From assembly GCA_976551045.1 (NCBI GenBank), contig CDPCPM010000010.1, positions 37,448,001 through 37,512,000 of the forward strand: a stretch of 64,000 nt of DNA, given 5' to 3'. The DNA comes from Glaucostegus cemiculus. Its lineage: Eukaryota. The notes under the pieces are model-generated. The model had not been told where the DNA came from. It saw only the letters and a list, made by a program, of their open reading frames with translations, and ran no database searches. Below, one piece after another: positions 12,285-20,346 of this stretch. Both the position numbers and the translations under genes were made by a program. Each line of letters opens with the position of its first letter. Positions within the stretch are counted from its first letter, which is position 1.

Positions 12285-13001
12285 TGTCATGATTCTGAGT
12301 ACTGGCGCTTGATTTGGTTCCTTAGATGCCTCGTTGTACAGCACATGGATTCCATGCTGGACTGATTGCATAATGACACACACCTGAGCCCCATCAGGGG
12401 CCTACACCGAATACTCTGGCCATTATGAACCCAGCGGACAGTAATCCACTGTATGAAGCCCTCACCAGCCAGGGCTCACTTCTGGGCCAGCATGACCGGG
12501 ATCTCAGGGGGGTTGTGGCAGACTTCCATACCCTTTCTGCGACAGCTGGACAGCTCAGCGAACAGGTCAGCCAAGTCTGTGCTCTCCTTGCTTCTGTCAC
12601 AATGTTGATTGAATAGCAAGCTCACAGAGAACCCAAATGCAGCACACTGGTACAAGACTGGGGTCAGGATACTTCCTCAGGACTGGACACAGGCAACACT
12701 GGAAGGAATCTTGCCTCGGAGATCTGAGTAGTAATCCCAACACGAACTGAATCTTCAAGCAGGACTAGAGAATGTAGGACTGCTCTAGAGTAGACCACTC
12801 TAAGCAGCTAGGAGCCAAAGTATACCGGAAGGTTGACCAGTACTCTGGAAACTAGTGCTACAGAAACCCAGGTACTTATGCTAGGCCCCTGATGGGGCTC
12901 AGGTGTGTGTCATTGTGCAATCAGTCCAGCATGGAATCCATATGCTGTACAACGAGGCATCTAAGGAACCAAATCAAGGGCCAGTACTCAGAATCATGAC
13001 A
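12285..13001. mobile_element. Gypsy (sushi-like) LTR-retrotransposon derivative with 120-bp inverted termini and a 5-bp TSD
   Basis: 12285-12404 and 12882-13001 are reverse complements with 3 mismatches. Ends are TGTCATGA...TCATGACA, with CTTAT on both sides (12280-12284, 13002-13006). Internal ORF 12425-12616 (MNPADSNPLYEALTSQGSLLGQHD...) resembles a sushi-type Gag N-terminus. 12595-13001 looks like a complete minus-strand LTR (TGT...ACA). Confidence 0.8.
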
Positions 13002-13029
13002 CTTATAGCAATATTGGACGGTTCTAATC

Positions 13030-13350
13030 TGGAAAGGAAATGGTGGTTATCTGATATTTTTGAATTGAGTTCGTGGGGAGATGGTGTGGGCAGAAACTTG
13101 CAGGGATGGACTATGAGGTGGTATTCTTTGAGCTTAAATTGAGCTTCGTTGGAAGAAGGAATAGAGTGGGAAAATAAAGTGAAGGCACCGTGAACTGCAA
13201 AACGGGATATTCTGCAAAGTGCTCATTCGATCTACATTTACATTTGTCAATGCAGAGGACACCACATCATGAGCAGCGAACACAGTGTGCTAAATTGGAT
13301 GAAGATCAAGTGAATTGCTACTTCACCCGAGAGGACTGTAGTTTCTTAGA
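13030..13350 (-). mobile_element. Old Penelope-like fragment (GIY-YIG region), shared with ~29080-29360
   Basis: catcatgagcagcgaacacagtgtgctaaattggatgaagatcaagtgaattgctacttcacc is a decayed reverse complement of the 2600-2680 segment. Confidence 0.55.
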
Positions 13351-13646
13351 GACGTGCTTGTTACCAACTGATCTACAGCTGAGACAATTATTCAGTAGGA
13401 TGTAAAGTACCCTTCAAAATCATGGAGACCTCGAAAACATTGCTGAGGGAGTGTCCACAACACTCGTTAGAAACAGTGATTGTTTGAGAAAACATAGCCA
13501 CAAGATTAGAACGTTGTCTAGAAATAAATTTTACACAGAAAACAAAATTTTACATAAAGAACTCTCTTCTCTACGAATATTGGAAGTTCAGATACACACT
13601 CGTGTTTCCAAATACAAGCTTTGAGAATTTCGTTCTCTGCTTAAAA

Positions 13647-16115
13647 TCACCTCACCTCTGGCGTACTGTATTTTTCAGAATTCGCCATTCCAGCATTTTC
13701 TTTCCCGGCAGATCCTTTCAACACAAAATTCTCGTCTGCAGAAGATTTGCATCTGCTGGGGACGATGAAATCTCTCTTTGTTGACTGTAATGTTGAACAT
13801 GACTCGTAACGGAATCTTTGGGAGAGAGGATCGCCCCCAAATACCTCAACATAGTTCGTTGGTATCTGAAGGCTTTTACTAGCCTTCTGAATTCCATTCA
13901 GAGAATTTCTTGAGTGGAGGCAACAACATGTACCCAGGTAACGGTGCTGGTATACCATACCATTCTTATTTTTGTGAACTTTAATGGCAAGAATGATTAA
14001 AATTATGAGGAAAATGCTAGATATCATTGCCAAGATTATAACCAAGGAAAGGCTCAGTTCAGGAGCAAATCTCGGATCAGACGACGAACTGCTGACACTG
14101 GAGAATGTTTCGCCATCAGTCCCAACGACAGCTAATATTACAGTCACAGTGGCAGAGAGTGAAGGAACTCCATTATCTTTTACCACAATTACCAGCCTTT
14201 GATTGGAAGCATCTCTGTTCAAAATTAGACGTGTGGTCCAGATTTCGCCAGTGTCTGCAGAAATAGTAAAGAGATCATGATGGGTGGCTTGAAAGATCTG
14301 ATAAGTGAGTCGAGCATTCTGACCAGAGTCAGCATCAGTGGCCGATACCTTGACAACCAAGGATCCTGGTTCTGTGAACCTGGATATTGTTTCTGTTGCT
14401 GTTGACCCATATTCGGATAGAGGATGTGTAATCACTGGAGCATTATCATTCTGATCAAGGACAACAACATTTACTGAGGCATTACTGTAGAGTGCTGGCG
14501 CTCCAGAATCCCGCACTTGAACTTGCATCTTGAAGTTTTTCAATTGCTCATAATCAAAAGCCCTCTGAGCATAGATGACACCACTCGCCGAATTAATTGA
14601 GACATAAGTGTTTATTGAGGAATTCTGAAACTGAGACTCCAGGATAGAAAAGGTCAGACGGGCGTTTTGTTCAACATCTGGATCGAAGGCCGTCACAGAA
14701 AATATTGAAGCCCCAATAGCGTTGTTTTCCGTAACATTTGCTGTGTAGACCGGGCGAGAAAATGCTGGTGCGTTGTCATTTATATCTGAAACCTCTACCC
14801 GGATGGTTTTCTTGGAAGTGAGTGGAGGATTCCCGGCATCCGTGCAAATTAGAGTAATATCATAGTTAGGGGTATGTTCGCGATCCAACACATGTTGTGT
14901 AAGTATTCTGTAATAGTTTTTTATGGTGGAGTCCAACCTAAAGGGTAACTGATTTGATATTTGACAATGTACCTGACCATTTTGTCCGGAATCTCTGTCC
15001 GCTGCACTAAACAGAGCCACTGCTGTCCCAAGTGGAGCATTCTCGGGGATTGTGTTTGAAGAAGACCGTAAATTCACCTCTGGCGCGTTATCATTCACAT
15101 CTGTAATATCCACCAATACATCACAGTAGTCGGGTATAGCGCCCGACCCCTTATCCATTGCCTGCATGTTAATCTCAACGGCACTGCTTTCTTCGTAGTC
15201 CAAGTTCCCCTTGAGTCTGATTTCACCTGTTTTGGGGTTCACATCAAAGAGTTTACGGGCATTTGCAGAACTGTGGCTGCTGAAAGAGTACATTATATCT
15301 CCATTTACACCATCATCCAGGTCAGTGGCGTTTAATCTGACGATCAGCGTCCCTTTCGGTGCATTTTCCAACAAACGGACCCTGTAAACCGACTGAGAGA
15401 ATACGGGAGCGTTGTCGTTTACATCCTTCACCGTAATTATAACCTGAACCATTCCCGATCTCGGAGGCAAACCGCCGTCCTTGGCTATTAGCGTTAAATT
15501 GTGGGTTGATATCATTTCTCTATCCAAAGACTTCTCCAGCAACATCACTGGCCGCATCTCCTTGCCTCTGCGCGTTTGTACGTCCAGAGCAAAATGTTCA
15601 TTCGGCTGTAGCTGATAGGTTTGCAAGGAATTCGTGCCAATATCCGGATCCTGTGCGGGTTCAAGAAGAAATCGCATACCTGGTGTTGCAGTCTCTGAGA
15701 TTTCAAGCTGAAACTGGCTTTTTGGGAAAATGGGAGCATTATCATTTACATCGAGAATCTCCACTTCCACTGGGTACAGGTTCAAGGGATTGTCAAGCAC
15801 GACATCCAAGGATAAGCGGCAATCGTTGTTCGAGCCACAAAGCAGTTCTCTGTCGATTACTTCCTTCACAAATAAAATCCCATTCTCCAAATTGACGTCG
15901 AAATACCGCTTCCTTGGACTGGGCGCGATCCGCAAATTGCGAGCCTTCAGCTGCTTTACATCTAAACTTAAATCGGCTGCGATTTTCCCAACAAAGGCTC
16001 CAAGCTGCAGTTCTTCAGGAACAGAATAACGAATCTGACCAAAAGAAATATCCCAGGAGGAGAATACGTAGCACAACAATTGGCATTTTAGCAACCAATA
16101 TATTTTATACTTCAT
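13647..16115 (-). CDS. Clustered protocadherin variable exon, intact (822 aa to read-through stop; exon probably ends at donor 13656)
   Basis: Signal peptide; EC1 GQIRYSVPEE...DRELLCGSNNDC (C-X5-C); six cadherin repeats (DVNDNAP, LDRE/LDYE, ATDxDxG); TM LSLVIILAMISSIFLIILIILAI; cytoplasmic CCC...NYVEVFGGDPLSQRFRYESC; ends GAG|GTGAGG. Confidence 0.96.
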   Translation of the reverse strand: MKYKIYWLLKCQLLCYVFSSWDISFGQIRYSVPEELQLGAFVGKIAADLSLDVKQLKARNLRIAPSPRKRYFDVNLENGILFVKEVIDRELLCGSNNDCRLSLDVVLDNPLNLYPVEVEILDVNDNAPIFPKSQFQLEISETATPGMRFLLEPAQDPDIGTNSLQTYQLQPNEHFALDVQTRRGKEMRPVMLLEKSLDREMISTHNLTLIAKDGGLPPRSGMVQVIITVKDVNDNAPVFSQSVYRVRLLENAPKGTLIVRLNATDLDDGVNGDIMYSFSSHSSANARKLFDVNPKTGEIRLKGNLDYEESSAVEINMQAMDKGSGAIPDYCDVLVDITDVNDNAPEVNLRSSSNTIPENAPLGTAVALFSAADRDSGQNGQVHCQISNQLPFRLDSTIKNYYRILTQHVLDREHTPNYDITLICTDAGNPPLTSKKTIRVEVSDINDNAPAFSRPVYTANVTENNAIGASIFSVTAFDPDVEQNARLTFSILESQFQNSSINTYVSINSASGVIYAQRAFDYEQLKNFKMQVQVRDSGAPALYSNASVNVVVLDQNDNAPVITHPLSEYGSTATETISRFTEPGSLVVKVSATDADSGQNARLTYQIFQATHHDLFTISADTGEIWTTRLILNRDASNQRLVIVVKDNGVPSLSATVTVILAVVGTDGETFSSVSSSSSDPRFAPELSLSLVIILAMISSIFLIILIILAIKVHKNKNGMVYQHRYLGTCCCLHSRNSLNGIQKASKSLQIPTNYVEVFGGDPLSQRFRYESCSTLQSTKRDFIVPSRCKSSADENFVLKGSAGKENAGMANSEKYSTPEVR

Positions 16116-16297
16116 TGCCAGCAGAAGTCATTCCAATGGTTTTAGGCCCTGACTGTATTCTTCATTGTCCTCTTAGCGGCGTTAAATAGAACAAAACGAT
16201 ACAGAAAATACTAGTCCCTCTTGCCAATCGCTCGCATTATTTCATTCAAATACTTGCATTTTTCCGAGCTGCGGGAGCAATCCTGCTAAAATCCCAC

Positions 16298-16511
16298 GGA
16301 GCTGCTGGCTGTTCAGTTTTCACTGTGTCTGATGTTACGTGATGGCGGCTGAGTCATAAAGGGGGCTGTTCGGATCACTCATCACATCTCAGCTCCCGAT
16401 TGGTGGAAAACTCATTAGTATACGACCAATCAAGACTTTGCTTGTTTCTTAAAGCTGTAAGGACTTAAAGTTGGGCAGAACCGTTGTATTATTGTTGCAC
16501 AACTAAAATTT
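16298..16511 (-). promoter_or_regulatory. Pcdh promoter cassette
   Basis: Plus strand: gagctgctgg...acgtGATGGCGGCTGAGTCAtaaagggggctgttcggatcac...ATTGG(16399)...CCAAT(16426)...TTCTTAAAGC(16446)...ttgttgcacaactaaaattt. Confidence 0.8.
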
Positions 16512-19500
16512 ATTTCAGCCTTGTGGAAAAATCATTGTTCTGGTTTATGTTCGATAAATCCAGTTCTCGTATCTATCTATGAATTATTTACTTAAAGACC
16601 AAGTGTGAAGAAACAGTGAATGGAGGTAAAATAGATATAAGGAATAATAAGATGCTTAAGAATGCAATTCTATTTTTGAAACACATAATCTCATTCTTTC
16701 TTGACTTTCCTGCAGCCCAGAAAGGCAGATGTATCCATATCATTCAAGAAAGGCATCAATTGATCTTATCGAGTGTTTCTCGTTTTTCGAAAGGAAGTTT
16801 ATTGGGACGACTATTCATACCTGGATATTTAAATGAACAAAATATGCATGTGGAAATACGCAGGTGTTGCAACAGAAATAATCTTGGAAATATTCGTTTG
16901 GTCAGGCAACATCAGTGAAAGGTAAACTACTTCTGTATCATGCTTTAAAGAATTTGTTGGAAAGGAAGTGTCAATATCGAACACAAAATTATGTCCTAAG
17001 ATGGCGTTGACTATTTTCATGACTTGAAACAGAGTACCTACCAAGACTGTTTCTCCGGTGTTTATCAGCAATAAACACTGAAAATCAACCAGGTGATTTA
17101 AACTTATATTGTTTGATCACCACAGAAGTCGGGTTTATTTAATTATTTAGCCTCCGTCTGTAGATCTTCAGGACGATACCATCTTAGTCATTGCGTGAGG
17201 TCCACTTAACAAGTGGACCTCAAGCTTTTGTTTTCCTCAGCATCCAAGTGGCAGTAATTTTGAAGTTCGGAAGGTAGTTTGCCTGAAACATCCTGTGAAG
17301 TCCAGAGATCATAGGGTTCACAAGTTGGGGACCATTTGAATGACCCTCGCATGTATTGGGAGTACTTATTTCAACCTTAGTTCGAAAACTTAAGCTACTG
17401 AGTCTTGCAAAGGAAGACCACTTTTTTGTTGCAGTGTGAATGGTGGGTGAGTTTGACAAGTGGGCAAGCAGCTCACGTCTACCATCAGATTTGCGGTTGT
17501 GTTTTCCTCACTCTGAACTTAGGAGATCCCGACAGGGAATGATTTTCTTGCTGGTCAGGTTTCTTGGTCGCTTCCGCTAACGAAACTCCTCTGAAAGCTT
17601 TGTTGGCAGGTAAAGCTTTGCCAACTGTCGTAGATGCCATGCCATTTAAAAGCTGTTAAATATATTTGAAGCTAGAACGTAAATATATCGAATAATTAAG
17701 TAATAATTTCTATGAATGAACGCTTGAAAACTGAGTGAAAATTAGTTGCAAAGATCTTCAGTCAGTCAAAACGACTTAGAAACTTTGAACTAAATCAACA
17801 CAATGAAAAAGTTCTGAAACATTGCCTTCTTCGGGGACTTCTTTGGCCCATCAGGATAAGATTGGAAAAATGGACATTTGCTGCTAATCACATAATAACC
17901 CGTTTTCAGAATTCCTCTGCAACAACCAGTGCTCGCAGGGAGAAAGTCCAGGACTACTTACTTTCAAGTATGCAGTGACAAATGACATTCAAACATGGCA
18001 ACGGTTGTACATTGGGCGTCACTACAACTGAAGAGTATCCAAGCTCCCTTTGCATTACATCACATTACACGGTTGAAATCATGGGCATTAACATCCGAGA
18101 TTTACCTTAAACAAGGTAGGTTGATAAATATAGATAAAAGGAAAGGCCAAAGTGTGGATACTTAGCAATGGTAGTCTCACTTCCTCATTGTCCGAAACTT
18201 ATCGATTAACTGTAAGGAACCTGGCAGTATTGTGATTGAGCAATTTATAGTTGTTTTGATACGTAACTTCAACAACATTCAAATCATACGAAACCATCGA
18301 AGACAAAGGTTCCTTTACTTTAAATCACCACATCAGAGACCGAGATTTCTTTATCTCCATAACACGCATTATGATATCTGCTTGCACTGCTTCAAGCGCA
18401 AATTTTAAATATCTGTATCTGTAACCTCAATGAATCAGGACAACAGACTGGTGATAGCATGGTAACATCCAAAGGTCCATTCAGTCAGACTATTTGGAAT
18501 TGAAATATACATCACTGCCTCAGTATAATCACGGTCAAAATCGAAAAACTCACAACAAAGTGCGTATGTGTGGGAGTGTATTATCAACGTCTTGACGACT
18601 GGAATTCAAGATAATCATAGAGTCACAGAGCAAGGGAATAGGTTCTTTGGTCAACCATGTCCGTGCCAACTTTCAACTACCCACCTATATTAACTACATT
18701 TAAAAGCCTTTGTCTTCCGCGATTTGACAATTCGAGTGCTGGCATGCATACATCTGAAAGATTGTTGGAGGACCAATTTCAGCCACTCACTATTGTTGTG
18801 TGTTCGCATTATCACAATAATCTCAGTCCTGACGCAGAGTCTCGACCGGAATCATTGACCACCCATTTTCCCCCGTAGATGTTGCTTATCCCGCTGAGTT
18901 CCTGCAGCGGTTTCTCTTTTTTTCTTTTCCAGTTTCCAACGCCTGGTGTTGGAACATAAAGTTATGTCACCTAGTTTTTGACACGTTTGTTACAGGGAAA
19001 CATTTCCAACTACCTAGTCTTGCACGTCATAACTGAAAGAGGTCCTTCCTCAAACTCCGCTGCTCCAATAAAAACAAATCTGACACCAGTAGTCTCTCTT
19101 CATAACTGGAACTCTCTAGAGAAGACATTATATGGCGAACCTCATTTGTAATATTTCTAGTACCATCAGGAGTTCCCATTTTGTTTTGACCAGTACTGCA
19201 CACGGTACTGCATTTGAGGCTTAACCATTAAACAATGTAGCAGACCTTTTTGTTTCTATCCAATACTCCAGCAAACGAGATCTTCTATCACGCACATTTT
19301 ATACACCACAAATCAAATGTGCTGCCAGTTTCAGGGATCTCCATGTTCCCAGTGCTCACTGGAGTAATACTATTCAGTGAGAATGCTATTCCCTTGTTTT
19401 TCCTCCCAGAGTGCATCACCATGCATTCATCAGGATTAAATTCTGTCTCCCATTGGTGTTCCTCGTTAATGCTTTCTCAAGGGGATAACGGATAAATAAC

Positions 19501-20346
19501 ACTATTATTCAAAGGAACACTCTACAACTAAATAACTAAAACCTAAATATTCATTCTGAGATGCATGGCAACTAAGGAGCGTTCTGACAATTAATTAATG
19601 AATCAAGGAGAGCAAAGAACATCTTGGAAATAATCAAACGACTGTATCTGGATTGGAATTAAATTAAGATGATCACAATTGCGCTAAATTTGCCCGATGA
19701 AGTGTACGCAAAATTGCCTCGCATGATCAGTAAAGTGCAAATTCGTTGGACATGAGAAACAGTCATCATTTAGAACAAACATGTAGAGAGGAAAATGGTG
19801 AGAGTGTTCAGACTGATACTCTTCCATTTTTCTAATGTAAATTCATCGATCTGAAATGCTAACTCTTGATTCAACCTCCATGGATGTAGCACGTCCTGCT
19901 GAGTATTTTCCAATAAGTTTTATTTTCAGTTCAGCTTTATCAAGCTTGGATGTGCTGAAAACATGCCGACTATCAATGACCATAGGTTTTAAAGTACCCA
20001 GCTATGTTACTTACAAAGGAAGTGTTCCAAGAATGCTTGCTTGTTTCTAATTACATGCAGGACAGACTAAGTACAAATTACAGAAAATGGGTGCCTGTGT
20101 TAACACTTACTGAATATTTGGATCAAATCCAGTTGGTTTACAACGCCTCAAACAAGTCATGGGGGCTTCCAGGACAGTTAGTAAGGCCGGTATGACAATG
20201 CATTGGAGTTACGTATAAACGACAGGCAGTAACGAATAAGCACATTTATTAGAAGTGGTATGCACATCCGTACTTTTCCCACACTGTTAATTTCATCCAA
20301 GTAATTTAAATGACCCAATTAACCCAAGTGCACAAATATAGCTGAA

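Larger units (their letters stand above)
1..16870. repeat. Tandem segmental duplication, copy 1 (two-Pcdh unit; left end lies outside the window)
   Basis: Collinear non-coding similarity to ~17400-32920. Examples: 251-300 gtcgtagatg...gctgttaaatatatttgaagctaga matches 17627-17676; 7480-7600 matches 24880-25020; 9570-9830 matches 26520-26780. Gene pairs 3435-5884/20347-22836 and 13647-16115/29664-32126 are closest paralogs. Confidence 0.85.

Noticed and set aside
12425-12616. 63-aa ORF as a domesticated Gag-like (RTL/PEG10-type) gene
   Set aside because: Truncated after ~57 codons by the inverted LTR and located in a young copy-specific insertion.
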